Assembly (NCBI GenBank): GCA_951406725.2
Contig: OX597814.1
Span: forward strand, 124,558,001-124,622,000
Length of the DNA stretch: 64,000 bases
Direction: 5' to 3'
Source: Octopus vulgaris
Lineage: Eukaryota
The position numbers and the translations under genes are program-made. The notes under the pieces are model-generated. The model made no database searches. It was not told the DNA's origin and was given only the letters and a program-made list of their open reading frames with translations. Shown piece by piece: positions 27,343-41,330 of this stretch (the first letter of the stretch is position 1; every line of letters begins with the position of its first letter).

Positions 27343-27799
27343 ATATCTATATATATATATATATAGTGAGAGGAGGAAAGATAGATAGATAGATAAGGAG
27401 AGAAAGACAGAAAGAAAGACAGAGAGAGAGTTAGAGAGAGGAAGAGAGAGAGAGATAGAGAATGCTGTAGACACCGACCACGGTGAAATCGTTATTGATT
27501 TCTGTTGAATCTTGTATTTTACTAACAGTTGATTGATTTACTTGTATGTTGCCTCAATAAATCTCAGTGACGACTGATTCCGGCATCTTCACACCCCCCC
27601 CGCCAGCCCACAGCAACCGCTGCAGCACAAATACTATTGTTCTGTATTGCTGAAGATATTTCCAAATTAAAATTCTTCACTTGCAGCCTTAATAGCTGTA
27701 GAGAAGAACTGCAAAATGTATAAAACCTCAACGAGAGCTACTTTGACACTGTGTTCTCATATTATTTCATTACAATAAGTGTTAGTCAGTTTGGAACAA

Positions 27800-29363
27800 T
27801 AAAACTTTCACTAATTGAAGCTTTTTATTTCTACTGAAAGGTCAAACACCCAGTTGCTTAGGTCATTTACATTTATTTGCCAGTCGATTCTTTCATTTCA
27901 ACTGGCGTCTTGCTGCTTCTATTGTGCTTAAAGAATGGATGGTAATGAACAAAACGATAGCGTTATCTCACAGCATTTGGTCATGTATACATGTAGCAGA
28001 GCATAGTTTATAAGAATCAGTATGATTGAACGCATCTTACGGAGAAGTTTTCTTCAAAATATTTAAATATTTATCCTTGTCTGACAGAAATGTCATAGTC
28101 AACATGGCAGATGTTTGATCTTCAAATGCATGTTTAAAGTCATTGTTTGAATGTTTGATGTTTTTAAAAAAACATGTAATGTTAGAAAATAAAGCATTTC
28201 TGTTTTTGTTTTCCAGTATGCTACGGTGAAATCTTTGTTTTTCATCCAATTTAAAGTATTCTCAATTCTTTTGAATGCAATACGTAGATGTAACGCTTTG
28301 CCCTCGAGCTGTTGTTTGTTCTTACTTTAACTTAGACATAGCGGAATCAAACTTTAAGTTTTGAAGGAAAAAATATCTGTAAATAATGCAGATTTATAAC
28401 TGGAATATCAACAAATGATAAGTATTGGGTGAAACCTTAGTGCTGTAAATTAGTGATTTGACTGATTGTTGTTATTTAATCCCAGGCTTTCTTTATCAAT
28501 CAGATATTATCCACATCATTGCAATTCTGCTTATCAGACACAGTTTAGCTATCATTACATTATTTACTGTGTCCTTCAGTTTTTAAAGACAATGGATGTG
28601 TGTGTAATTTAAAGAAGATTCCACTGCTATTTCTGGTAGTTTCTGTGTACCCACCAGTGATTGGTAGTGCTTGTCAACAGATTCTGCAGTTACGAAACAG
28701 CAAAATCTTCAACTAATTGCCAAAGACACAGTCAAATATCCAAATAATTGCTTACAGCCTTTAGAATAGGGACTAGATGTTTAAGTCCTAAATCTTAGAA
28801 CACCATATTAACATTAAAAACAAGGTAAAGCAGCATTTCCCAACCTTTTACTATTATGACCTACTTTACAAAATCAATAATTTTCCGTGACTTTTTTCTA
28901 ATCATTTAACGAAAAAATCAAATATTCAAATATTTAAAATTATTAACCAATATAAATGAGATATCGAACCTTTTAAAAATTTCAAAATGAATATACATAT
29001 TGTCATGTAATTTATTTTTACGAAACTATGTTCTTTGAATCCATATCCAATATACAAAATACAGTACACAGTGATCTTCATAAATTTGATGAGATCATTG
29101 AGTTTATGTGCTTTCTGCAGTGTAATGCGTCCTTGTAATTGTTGCAGGAACTGTGCATCAAATATTATCTCCTGTCTTTAATTTGTTTTTAATCATAAGA
29201 CCTAGGAGTGGCTGTGTGATAAGTAGCTTGCTTACGAGTCACATGGCTCCGGGTTCAGTCCCACTGCGTGGAACCTTGGGCAAGTGTCTTCTACTATAGC
29301 CTCGGGCCGTCCAAAGCCTTGTGAGTGGATTTGGTAGACGGAAACTGAAAAAAGCCTGTCGTA

Positions 29364-29418
<55 letters not shown>

Positions 29419-31300
29419 ATGTTTGTGTGTCTGTGTTTGTCCCCCAACATCGCTTGACAACAGATGCTGGTGTGTTTACGTCTCCGTAACTTAGCGGTTC
29501 GGCAAAAGGGACCGATAGAATAAGTACTAGGCTTACAAAGAATAAGTCCTGGGGTCGATTTGCTCGACTAAAGGCGGTGCTCCAGCATGGCCACAGTCAC
29601 ATGACTGAAACAAGTAAAAGAGTATAAGGAGCTAGGAAAAGGTAGTTTTGCTCAAGTATGTTATTGGAAACGAGGTCTTAATTCTCAAAACAAAGTCTGA
29701 GAATACAGGAAATTTCCTTTTGTGCTGTATCGAAAGACCCAGTCATTTGATATCGCTAAAATAAAACGACTCGGTTTTTACCACAAAATTGTTGATCATT
29801 TTAAAAACTTCCACCTGAGCAACTTTGTGAACAACACATACATTGACTGTGAAACGGTCTGTTACCAGAACATAAAATTCTCCATTGGTATCGAGAAATA
29901 GCAAAGCAACTAATCATTAGAATATCGCAAAGGGTCCGTTATTAACAAACAGAAATAATCTTCATCCGCATCATTTGCATTTTCTTCTAGAAAATTTAAA
30001 AGGGTTGGCAAAAATACAATTTTTTCTTCCCTGTTTTTGAAGCCCATAACTCCGTCTCCATTTTGATATTATTTTTTTCTCAGCGCAGTGTAAATATTTT
30101 GTATTCTCCCAATGTTTACTACGTGTACTAATTTGCATAAACTCATTTTTTTCCAAATATTCCAGATTTGTTTTATTCTCTATATTTGAGAATATTTTTG
30201 TTTATTTCTTATGTTTGTAAAAAAAACAAACCAATCTAATTTTATTTTAATCCGAAGCCACATTATTTCCGTATGGAATAATAATGCATTATACATACGC
30301 AGTTTCTTAAATAATGTCGGAGTTGTGGCTGTATGGTTCAGAATTTTACTCAGTATTTACGTGATTTTGAGTTCAATCTCACTACAGCAGCACCTTGATC
30401 AAGTTTACTATACCAGACACGTGAGTGAAATCTGTCCGATGGAAACTATGTAAAAGTCGATCAGAGAATCATTCTTATTCTTGTATGATAAGCTTAATCT
30501 TACTCTGTTTAGTTACACTCTTTGGTCCTTGCGTAAATTTGAAACTCACTTCGTTGCAACATTTTGAGCCAGCTCTCCGGTCTGAAGATAAGTTTTTCCC
30601 GTCCACCAGTTATGGAGGCCCTGGAATATATTGTTTTTCCTTCTCGTGTAAAAAAGTATTGACGTGTAGATTGAACTGAATTTTCATAAACTTTGCAGAT
30701 ATATTTGCTTTATCAAGTTGCTTTATCAACTTGCTTCACCGAGTACTTCATTTATTAAAAAAATATTGTATTTTACAGAGGCTTGCACGGAGAGTGCTCC
30801 TATCAGTTTTAGATATCCTCTTTAATCATAGTTTGGAACCCAGATCGACAGCTTAGCATAGCAGGAATTGCGTTTGTGCAAACTCCACAGATATTTTCCT
30901 ATTTTAATGAATGCTTTTCAAAGAATTGGTTTAAATTATTGAATACATCTGATGCGGTTGTGATATTTCTAGTCATTTGCAAAATTAATATTCTATTATC
31001 TTTTCCTTTTTAAAACACCGATTATACATAATTTATTATGCAAGATCATACCGTTCGTTTCACCGCGGTGCATATTATGTAATACAACAGTAATTTTTTT
31101 AAAGTCCTTCAATGACTTGAGACAAAATGTCGTTAGATATGTCAATATGAGTAATTCTATGCTTAACAGTGTTATTAGACATGGATAAATATTCTTCCTC
31201 CTCTTCGTCATTCCTAATATATTTCTACAATTTTCTTGGTATATAAATAAATTTCTGCTTGATATGTGATGTTTTTAATGGGGGAGAGCGCATTATTTTC
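27800..31300 (-). mobile_element. Second decayed Buster/Charlie-type hAT transposase relic with nested SINE/MITE insertions
   Basis: Scattered minus-strand motifs such as KNRL near 27880; Charlie-like TIR CAGCATTTCCCAACCTT at 28831; boundaries approximate. Confidence 0.5.
29205..29624 (+). mobile_element. SINE family A, full length
   Basis: Aligns with 6465-6900. Confidence 0.92.
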
Positions 31301-32024
31301 AATACTACATTATATGAAGCTTCTGTGACAGCTAAATTCTTTTTTCTAATAACACCCACCACCATTAAACCGCCATTTTATTACCCTCTCAGATTTTCAT
31401 TTAAAAACTTCACATCATGACTCTTAAACTTGCTATGATTCGTATTTAAATACCGCTGTAATTTGTTTGGTTTCAATGATAACATTGAAAAGGATTTCCA
31501 TGCATATGACGCATTATGGCCTTTCTACTCCTATAATAACTATGAATGTAAATTCAAATTTCATATAATAATCCACATATTTTCTTTCCGATGAACGAAT
31601 TATTACACAAAATAAGGTACTAGATGATAATTTAAGTTTCACTGTTACACTAATATTGAAAAATCAAGCATAAAATATAAATAGTTTTGTTACATGCAAC
31701 TTGATCTTCAACTTAAAATGGCAATAAACTAATTAACTAATTTGCCATTCATCCTGCCACGGTTGTTAAAATAAGGTTGTTATGAAATATTGGGCTCGAT
31801 TTTATCGGCTGATTTATCTCCTCAATTACCTGGCCTTGTTCCAACGTAATAAACGGTTTTAGAGGGCAATGGTTTCAGAGAGAATCGTTAAACCGTCGGA
31901 CAAAAATGCCTTGTCGTATTCGTTCTGACTCTTGAACTTCTGAGTTCAAATCCAACCAAGAAATTTAACTTGGTTGGTATATTAGTAACATCATAACGTC
32001 TTATATATAAAGAGTATACATACA

Positions 32025-32058
<34 letters not shown>

Positions 32059-32070
32059 TACTATTTTTTA

Positions 32071-32252
32071 TTCTTTTACGCTGCTGGAGCACTGCCTTTA
32101 GTCGAGCAAATTGACCCCAGGACTTATCTTTTGTAAGCCTAGTACTTGTTCTATCGGTCTCTTTGGCCGCACCGCTAAGTTACGGGTGCGTAAACACAAC
32201 AGCATCGGTGGTCAAGCGATGCTGGGGGGACAAACACAGACACACAAACACA

Positions 32253-32293
<41 letters not shown>

Positions 32294-32467
32294 GTATATA
32301 CATAGGACAGGCTTCTTTCAATTTCCGTCTACCAAATCCACTCACAAGGCTTTGGTCGGCTCAAGTCTATAGTAGAAGACACTTGTCCAAGGTGCCAAGC
32401 AGTGGGACTGAACCCGGAACCATGTGGTTGGTAAGCAAGCTAATTACCACTCAGCCACTCCTACGCC
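32071..32467 (-). mobile_element. SINE family A with a short deletion in the tail
   Basis: Aligns with 6465-6900. Confidence 0.9.
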
Positions 32468-32494
32468 TATATATATATATATATATATATATAG

Positions 32495-32529
<35 letters not shown>

Positions 32530-32579
32530 TGTATGAATGTTTGTATGTATGTATGTATGTATGTATGTATGTGCTATTG

Positions 32580-32930
32580 AAAGAAAAGTAAAACAGATAG
32601 CGATTTGGCATTTAATCTCCTTCGAGATTGTCCTTCCCTGAAACCACACTCTTTATCCAGGGTTGTTTCCACTGATTGAAGCATTCTCGTTGTATTCTCT
32701 TGGATTTTCTTGACATCCAGAAATCTTTTGGAGTCTTCCACTGCAAAGACTGAGACTTTGTATCGGGGTCATAACTACAAACCCACGAATCCTCACCTGT
32801 TATGACTATTTTCAAAAACATTTCCTTTTCTTCGACACAATCAAGGAGATCCTGCACAGTAGAAACAGGGTCTTCCTTTTGATACCACCTTACGCTACAC
32901 ACTTTACTTCCAAGCACTGCTATTAACAAT
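32580..32930 (-). mobile_element. Internally deleted mariner transposase fragment
   Basis: FLKIVITGEDSWVCSYDPDTKSQSLQWK and RECFNQWKQPWIKSVVSGKDNLEGD* are mariner motifs. Confidence 0.85.
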
Positions 32931-32985
32931 GGAAGCGAACAAAAAGTTAGTGTGTATGCGTGACGGAGTTCAAAATGTATATATC

Positions 32986-33325
32986 AGCATCATCATCGTC
33001 TAACGTCCGTTTTCCATGCTAGCATGGGTTGTACGGTTTGAATGAGGGCTGGCGAACTAGAAGGCTGCGCCAGGCTCCAATCTGATCTGGCAGAGTTTCT
33101 ACAACTGGATGCCCATCCTAACGCCAATCACTCCGAGAGTGTAGCGCATGCTTTTACGTGCTAACGGCACGAGGGCCAGTTAGGCGGTACTGGTGACGGC
33201 CATGCTCAAATGGTGTTTTTTATGTCCCACCGGCACAGGAGCTAATCCAGCGGCACTGGCTACGACCTCGCTCGAATGTTGTTTTTTACGTGCCACCGGC
33301 ACAAGAGCCAGTAAGGCGACGCTGG

Positions 33326-33327
<2 letters not shown>
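32986..33327 (-). mobile_element. RTE-related SINE fragment with (GAT)n tail
   Basis: Minus GGCGTTAGGATGGGCATCCAGTTGTAGAAAC and CCCATGCTAGCATGGAAAACGGACGTTAGACGATGATGAT. Confidence 0.6.
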
Positions 33328-33383
<56 letters not shown>

Positions 33384-33454
33384 ATTAAATAATAAATCCG
33401 AAAGAGAAGGACACTCTGAGTTATCGAGCAGTAGAGTATTTAGAGAATTTTAGT

Positions 33455-33546
33455 TATGGCGGTTCATAGGATTGCCCAGCGTTTCGCGTGTAATGCTAAA
33501 CGCTTTATGGACATGAAACGCTGGGTAACCTTATGAATCGGCCATA
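33455..33546. repeat. Inverted repeat enclosing a hammerhead relic (minus, 33473-33513)
   Basis: TATGGCGGTTCATAGGATTGCCCAGCGTTTC / GAAACGCTGGGTAACCTTATGAATCGGCCATA. Confidence 0.75.
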
Positions 33547-33691
33547 CCTCATATTCTCACTCTCCTCTACTTTATTCCACACACATAGACATATGATTCA
33601 CAATAGAACAACAAAAACAGAATTTAAAATACATTAAAACAAAGTAATTATGCAAATTTTATACACCATTGAAATACTTCTGAATCACCCT

Positions 33692-33731
<40 letters not shown>

Positions 33732-33759
33732 ACACACACACACACATATACATATATAG

Positions 33760-33790
<31 letters not shown>

Positions 33791-34559
33791 TATATATGTT
33801 TATACATACATGTAAGTGTACGTGCGTGTGTATGTATATAAAGAGAATTGGAAAGTAATTAGTGTTAAACGGGACTCAACGCATAGCATTTTACTCAACA
33901 ATAAATAATTTTAAAAAGAAAATATTACTAATATCTGGCGAAATTTATATTAATTTACAAATCACATGTTAATTAAATCCTAATACTGGAAAGCAATAAT
34001 TAATTTTATATCAATCCGTATATATTACAATAAACAGGACTATTTCTAGCAAAAACACGGCTGTATTTATTCAGAGCACAAATGTTTAATTTTTCGCGAA
34101 ATATTCTTGTTTAATGTAATGTACACGCATTAATATAATGATTATTATTGTTTTACAGGAATAGAATCTTAATTATCGTGTTAATTTTTAATTAGTATAA
34201 ATTTGAACAGTTATTAGTAATATTTCAAATTTTCAAATTTGAGTAAAAAGCAATGAGTCAATCGAGTCTTCTTAAACAGTATCAAGTGCAGTTTTGTTTA
34301 GCTTTCAATATACATACGTACATACATAAATACATACATACATATGCACACACATATATGGTCATGCAAACATATGCACTCACACACACACACACACACA
34401 CACACGTACACACGCACGGGCATGCACACACAAATACATATACACTTACATAAACACATACATTTTAAATGACCATCGATTATATATCAGAATATATTAT
34501 ATAAATATTTAATTCTAGTTGAAATAGTTTAGCTGTCAAATATCTTCTGTAAAATATTG

Positions 34560-34900
<341 letters not shown>

Positions 34901-35352
34901 TGCTTGCTTTCGTTCTTTCTGTCTCGTCCTTTGTACCTTTTATTATTTCTATATATATCTTTCTTTTAGTGTTCTCTCACAAGCTATTTCTATCATTCAG
35001 CTTTAAAAAGAAATCAATACTAGACTGCCCTTATATGGTAAACCCGTTAGACATAAGGGCTTCATATTATTTCTGAAAACCATGTTTATCATTTGAATTT
35101 GTGTTTGTATTTTTATTTGTGGTTCATATTTTTCCTAATATAATTTGTATAAGTATCGTTATATATTTCTGTAATCTCAATTTGACCTCTGAGGAAGGGT
35201 TAGGCAACAAGAAAGATTTGATCTGGTGCAAGGTCGATATTAAAGTAATAAAAATATAATATACATTTTAAGATATATAAATTACTTTATTGAACAGTGG
35301 TGCTCTTGATCGTTCTATTAAGACCATCATACATGTGTGTGGGTGGGTGTGT

Positions 35353-35390
<38 letters not shown>

Positions 35391-35395
<5 letters not shown>

Positions 35396-35582
35396 TCAGT
35401 CATTTGACTGCGGTCATGCTGGAGCACCGCCTTTTAGTCGAGCAAATCGACTCCAGGACTTATTCTTTGGAAGCCTAGTACTTATTCTATCGGACTCTTC
35501 TGCCGAGCCGCTAAGTTACGGGTACGTAAACACACCAGCATCGGTTGTCAAGCGATGTTGTGAGGGATAAACACAGACACAC
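35391..35582 (-). mobile_element. SINE family A 3' half, adjacent to an older diverged copy (35585-35890)
   Basis: Aligns with the family consensus seen in the window. Confidence 0.85.
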
Positions 35583-35947
35583 AATCATTTGACGGCGGCT
35601 ATGCTGGGGCGCCACTTCGCAGTTTGTCAAGTAGTGGGCGGGAGGATAAGAGCAAACACAGAAGCACATACACACAAATACACACACAGAAAATCACACA
35701 CACACTCACACACACAGACACAGATATACACACACGCACGATGGGCTTCCACACAGTTTCTGTCTCTAAAATAAACTCACAATGCATTGGTAAGCACGAA
35801 GCCCACGGATCAGTGGAAAAGATTTGAACTGAAAACCCCGCGGTTTCCGATTCAATCCTATCATCAGATTCTTAACGACGCACCCATGCACACAGGCATG
35901 TACCTCCCTCTCCCTCTCTCTATTGATGATTTCTGCTACTTATTGTA

Positions 35948-36404
35948 ACGTGGCTGTGTGGTAAGAAGCTTACTTCCCAACCGCATGGTTTTCGGTTTAG
36001 TCACACTACGCGTCACCTTCGGTAAGTACTTTCTACTATAGCTTCGGGCCGACCAAAGCCTTGTGAGTGCATTCGGTAAACGGAAACTGAAAGAAGCCCG
36101 CGTATATATATATATAGGTCATTTAACCCTGTTATCTCCCCTAATTTCGCTCTTGCGTCTCACGTTTGATCTTTGACTTCTGGCCGAAATCAGATCGCCA
36201 TGTTGATTCGCTAGCCTCTGCACGCATTTTTCTCTCTCCTTGTTTCTTTCTGTGTTTCTTTTCTGTGTATCTTTCTGTTGAAGAGCGTAGGCTCGAAACG
36301 TAAAAGACTTGTTTTATTTATATTCCTGAGCGCCATACTAATACAATTGTTTGTTTGTATTCCACCTGCCTTCGTCTTTTGTTTATTTTCATAAATGCTT
36401 CCCG

Positions 36405-36440
<36 letters not shown>

Positions 36441-36505
36441 GTGTGTTTGTGTCTGTTTGTCCCCTCCCTCACCATCACTTGACAACTGATGTTGGTGAGT
36501 TTACA
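35948..36505 (+). mobile_element. SINE family A copy split by an insertion in its (TA)n tract
   Basis: Head at 35948-36103; the body resumes after ~36437. Confidence 0.85.
36118..36405 (+). mobile_element. (TA)n-flanked short element carrying a hammerhead with CUGUUGA core (36270-36307)
   Basis: Stem I TCTTT/AAAGA; CTGTTGA; extra A; stem II GAGC/GCTC; GAAA; palindrome ACGT; GUA triplet. Related copies at 41331-41494 (+) and 63270-63328 (-). Confidence 0.75.
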
Positions 36506-36587
36506 GGTGAGGATATATAAACCTCAGAGGGATAGAAATGTCCGAGATTAGACTGGTTGAATACCTTATAATATAGGCGCACACATA

Positions 36588-36648
<61 letters not shown>

Positions 36649-36721
36649 AAACCAAGAGAGAAGATGGAGATAACATAAATAAAAATTTATTAATACATTG
36701 ACAAACCTATATATATGTATG

Positions 36722-36772
<51 letters not shown>

Positions 36773-37361
36773 GGAGAGAAAGAGAGAGAAATGAGAGAAG
36801 CCGGGATAGAGAGGTAACGATATAGGGACGATAAATAAATATCTTAAAGTGTAATTTATATATATCATTGACATTTTTAAAGAATCCGCAGTGCAGCGGT
36901 GCAGCTACTTTTAATTCGCACACGGGGTCAGCTTGTTTCATGTCCGACAATACGCACGTTGTTTTTCAGACGTGAAATAGATATGCAGTGCAGTGTTTTA
37001 AGATTTGTTATAGTGTTACCAACGTAGTCATAGAGTGACAGAATAATATTAATACACAGTTTGTTACCGATTTTCTTCCATACTAGGGATTGCTTAAAGA
37101 GTTTGATATATACTATATTCCCATTGCATATTTTCAGTAATCTTAATAATATAGCCGCAGTAAAGGCAAAGAGAAGTTAACGTGTATGTTCTTTTAGATA
37201 AATGCACGAAATACTTTCTAGAGGCTGTTTAATTCTTCACGTCAAGATAAAAATAATAGGAAAGAGCTCTCAAAGAGAAAGCATGTATAACAAAAAAATA
37301 TACATTCCAAGGATGTTCTCTCCTAAGGCTGCATATTCTCTATCGCTTTATGCAAACTTAC

Positions 37362-37385
37362 ACAATCTCTCAAAATAAGACGTTT
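37362..37385 (-). CDS. Candidate 24-nt micro-exon (KRLILRDC)
   Basis: Acceptor CATATTTTCAG and donor GTAAGT; phase 0-0 is compatible with exon 39712-39813; no homology support. Confidence 0.2.
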
Positions 37386-37719
37386 CTGAAAATATGAAAT
37401 TTAGAATAAAACTATGTATTTCTTGGTTCTTTGTTAATTTCACAACTACATTATATTAGGCTGTCAAGAAAGTTCTTCCAGAATTTTAAGTTTTGGTTTT
37501 CAATGATGTATTTCCAAATTATTTTTCATGAAATTACTTTGACTTTATATATCATTTTAAAGCCCATTTTTCGCTCTATCTACTCGTGTCTACTTGTCTG
37601 TCTGTCTATCAAGCTATCTATCAATCAATCTATCTATCTATCTGCCTGTCTGTCTGTCTGTCAGTCTGTCTTATTGTCTGTCTGTCTGTTTGTTTGTCTA
37701 TCTGTCTATCTATCTATCT

Positions 37720-38412
37720 GGAGACCTAGTAAAGAAATTAGAAGAGGCACTTAGAACTGGCATCGCGTCCAACGTACTGGCGGCGAGGTTGGCCCTCGAC
37801 CAACACTTCAAAGTCAAACACGAAGGATGCGTTGTCAGAGCTAGGATGCGTGCTCTGAGGAACGAAGGAGTTGGAGCCACCTGAGAGACCCGAGTGGCGG
37901 AGGTGCAACGAGGAAATAGGGCCACTATTAGGTCCCTGACAGATGAACAGAAGCACGAAGTACTCGAGCCTGAAAGGTTGTGTGAGGCCTTTCAAAAGCA
38001 CTTTGCCCGACTTTTCGGGACAGTTGGTGGGTCAGAATGCAGATTAAACTTTAGTGCCTACCTGCATGGCCTGCTGCGACTCTCAGCAAGAGAGGCGGAG
38101 TATTGTGAAAGAACAATCACAGCCGCGGACGAACGGGATGCAATGACAGGCTGCGCAGGAGGCAAGTCACCAGGCTTGGATGGTCTGCCCTACGAACTTT
38201 ATTGTCATATATGCCAAGCTTGTTTGGAGGCGTCTAGGCAGCTGTCTACTGCAACTGGCAGCAAAAGGGGAGTATCCCCGTCTTTGTAAAGCGAGGAGCG
38301 GTGGCACTGCTAAAGAAAGATCCAAACAAGAGGAACGTCATAGATAACTTCAGGCTCAACGCAGATTTGAACATTTTGGCCAAGGTGTTGGCCGAAAGGT
38401 TGGCTCTTATTA
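37720..38412 (+). mobile_element. Tx1/L1-clade LINE ORF2 fragment
   Basis: GCVVRAR...KSPGLDGLPYELY...LLKKDPNK...LNADLNILAKVLAERL; one stop and frameshifts. Confidence 0.88.
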
Positions 38413-38628
38413 AGAGAACCTATTCGACAAGGCTACACATACGTCACAGAAACTGGGTCCATGAGCCTGGCTAGGCTGGAAAAGGGCGCATAAATATATA
38501 AAAATAATCTATGTATAGATATCAGTATAATTGTATGTATATACATACATATATATGCGTTTATATATATATATATGAAAAAATAGGTCAAAATAGAAAA
38601 TGCTAAAATAATTTTATAAAGAACATTT

Positions 38629-38666
38629 CAGTACCGGTTTCAGTCATTTTGAGACCTTTTTAACTG
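38629..38666 (-). ncRNA. Minimal hammerhead motif, U3-A8 type with G5A lesion
   Basis: Minus: CAG-TTAAAAA-GGTC tcaaaat GACT-GAAA-CCGG-TA-CTG; (TA)n ~50 nt downstream. Confidence 0.6.
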
Positions 38667-39711
38667 TAACGATTAAATAATTAAATTTAGAAATAATTAA
38701 ATTAGTACTAGAGAAAATACAAGAACACTAACAACCACAACAACCACAACAACAGCAATAACAACAACTACAACCGCAAAACAAACAAGAAAAAAAATTC
38801 GCAGTTACTTCGCCGTTAGGAAGCTGAAGACAACATTAGTTGAGTGTAGCCATTACTTCAGTTCCAGCGAAGATGCCAGCGTCGTTACTAGCAAACAATA
38901 CAGTAGGACATTTCCTTTGAGATAACTACTTGTTACGCTACCTAATCTGTTGGCAAAAATATAGAAAAAAATTATAAAGAAAGAAAGAAATACAATGCAA
39001 TCATTTGACTGACCTTGTTTTAATCTTGAGACTAATGGAGGACGACAAAAAATAAAAGTTTGCCCACGGAAGATTTTTTTTCAAGGAAATTAAACTTTTA
39101 CGTCAATTGACATATTCGAAGACAGTTTAGTTTAGAATTTAATTTTCTAAATTCCTATTTTAACAGGTCAAAACACTGTGAAGAAATATTTTGGGCTTTT
39201 TTTTTTTATGTGTGTGTGTGTGAATATTTTGTTGGTTTGTTTTTCTTAGTTATGATATTTCTTTTTGTGTTGTGGTTTTGTACTATATCTTTTGAACCAT
39301 GCAACTTGCCGTCAAACAAGAGAATTTATATTTCTATCCAGCATTGATAGTTTAGCGGCGGCGGCGGCGGTGGTGGTGGTAGTGGTGGTAGTGGTGGTGG
39401 GTAGAGTGATGTTTTTGTGGTGTTATGAGGGGGTGTGTTCTTCAAAAGAAATAAGAGATCTAACAAGGAAGGAAGAAAGCAAAAGAACGAAAAATAAATC
39501 AGAAAATTTCAGAAAAAATAAAAGCCAAACAAACAAAATGATATTTCCTGTTATAAACAGAACTGTAATTATAGAAAACAAGAAAAGCAAGTAAGAAATT
39601 GAAATGTAAGTATACATAAGTAAATGAACACAAGATGTCTGCGAATAATGGTAAATGTTGTGGATAGATAAGAAATCGGAGCTATGAGATGGCTTGTACA
39701 GAGCTACCTAC

Positions 39712-39813
39712 CTCACATATGGCTTTCGTTAGATCATTTTCGTCTTTATTCCATTGCTGCTTGTATTTCATAATCTCACAGGCAAGCAGCTGTTCAACTG
39801 CTTTCTGTTCTTT
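39712..39813 (-). CDS. C20orf96: Internal exon of a C20orf96/DUF4618-like coiled-coil protein (KEQKAVEQLLACEIMKYKQQWNKDENDLTKAICE)
   Basis: 102 bp, phase 0-0, acceptor TTTGTTTTTAG, donor GTAGGT; the only open frame; joins in frame to exon 50564-50641. Confidence 0.65.
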
Positions 39814-40339
39814 CTAAAAACAAACATAAGACAAAATCGGTGGATTAGCCGATCCATCTGTTTTCATTCCTTTTCTTTCAACATTTTCAGTTAAAAGAAA
39901 AGCCTAAAATTTTGTCAAATTCCTCGCTTACACCGAACTTTCAAAATCTTTCTAGGTCAATTTGGTTCAGTGACAGCGGAAAGATGTAACGTTACTTTCT
40001 AGTCTCTAATTCAACTCGGTACATAAATGCGGTGATATGGGACTTAGCTAACATGTAAAAAAAAACGAAAGGTTCTGTTGAGAAGAGCTTGGCTGCCATT
40101 GAACTAATTTTGCTGTATGGTTAGGATCGTGGGTAATCGCCATTCCAGTTGCGTTTACGATGGGAACTGAGGCCTCATTTATACATTTCTCTATTAGCTT
40201 CTAATTATGACATCTCAAGACTATTAAATAATTTATGCTTCATACTGAGTCTGTGACGAAAATGTTTTAAAGGACAGATCATAGCTTCTAAACAACAATA
40301 AAATGTTTTGTTTCTGGAGGCCAGTTACATATACCTCTG

Positions 40340-41098
40340 CATATAGAGTCTTATGATGTTATCATCCTCATGTATGCAAACTTGGTCAAGAGATGCACTT
40401 CGACACTTAGTTGCTAAAGGCTGTTGCCGAAGGGATATGATGCGACATTCAAAGGCATTTTGGATCGATGTTAAGCTTCTGCCGCTTTGTTTTCGTTTTA
40501 GGTAGAGGCAGTCGACGTCAATGTTTATGTGGAAATTATGTGTACTTGTTAGTATTTTTCGGCTTTTCACATCGATGGCTCGGATCTCATCAAGCGCCCA
40601 ATCAAGCAGCCCAAATGCTGATATGAGTTCTGGCACTGCAAACACATTGTGGGCCATTGAATGCAGTAAGTTCTGAGGTCCCAATTTTCTTTATTCAGCT
40701 GTAGTATTCTTTAGTGATACGTGTTTTGTTACAGGTGCCATTATAGGATATGTTTTCATCCACCTCTAGATACCTGTAACATTCCTCATCAGATACAGGG
40801 GAAACAGACAAATTATTGATGAAGATGTTACTAGTCTGGTTTATAGTCTTCCCCCTTTTCACAACCATATAACAATATTTATCCTGCCCTAACTCCAACC
40901 CTAAATCCTTTGAGAATGTTGTAACTAGGCCAAAGCATTTTTTCATCTCATGCATGTTTATTGCATAAAGTTTCAAGTCATCCACAAAGAAACAGTGTGT
41001 AATTTTGGTATTTCTATTTCCTTGTGAACCAGACTTCCTTAACATGAATAGCAATTGCTTTGCAAATAGTATAAACAACATCTCAGAGAGGCTGTCTC
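40340..41098 (-). mobile_element. R4/Dong-like LINE RT fragment
   Basis: DSLS...ITHCFFVDDLKLYA...FSKDLGLELGQDK...YRYL...IDVKSRKILT...DVDCLYLKRKQSGRSL; 5' end abuts TATG repeats at 41101. Confidence 0.88.
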
Positions 41099-41330
41099 AT
41101 ATATGTATGTGTGTATGTATGTTAAACTGAAATTTTAGTCACTCTATTTCCACGTACAAAGACATATACTTCGCCTGCTTAGACTTTCTTCACATAATAT
41201 ATATATATATATATAATCTTTTATCTACTGCAATATTTGCAACTTTTAATAAAGCCTGTCTTGGTATGAAACAATTGTACTAAAAACTAATCCATTCTTG
41301 TTGCTTCTTTCTCGTATATATATATATATA

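Noticed and set aside
27463-27627. Solo LTR (TGCTGTAG...CTGCAGCA with AATAAA)
   Set aside because: No TSD, PBS or second copy to support it
35184-35235. GACCT-CTGAGGA...GAAA...AGGTC hammerhead relic
   Set aside because: Stem I and the core are present but stems II/III and the triplet do not assemble; a possible relic, not called
41245-41283. TTAATAA...GAAACAATTGTA hammerhead relic
   Set aside because: The palindrome and triplet are present but stem I is missing and stem II is weak
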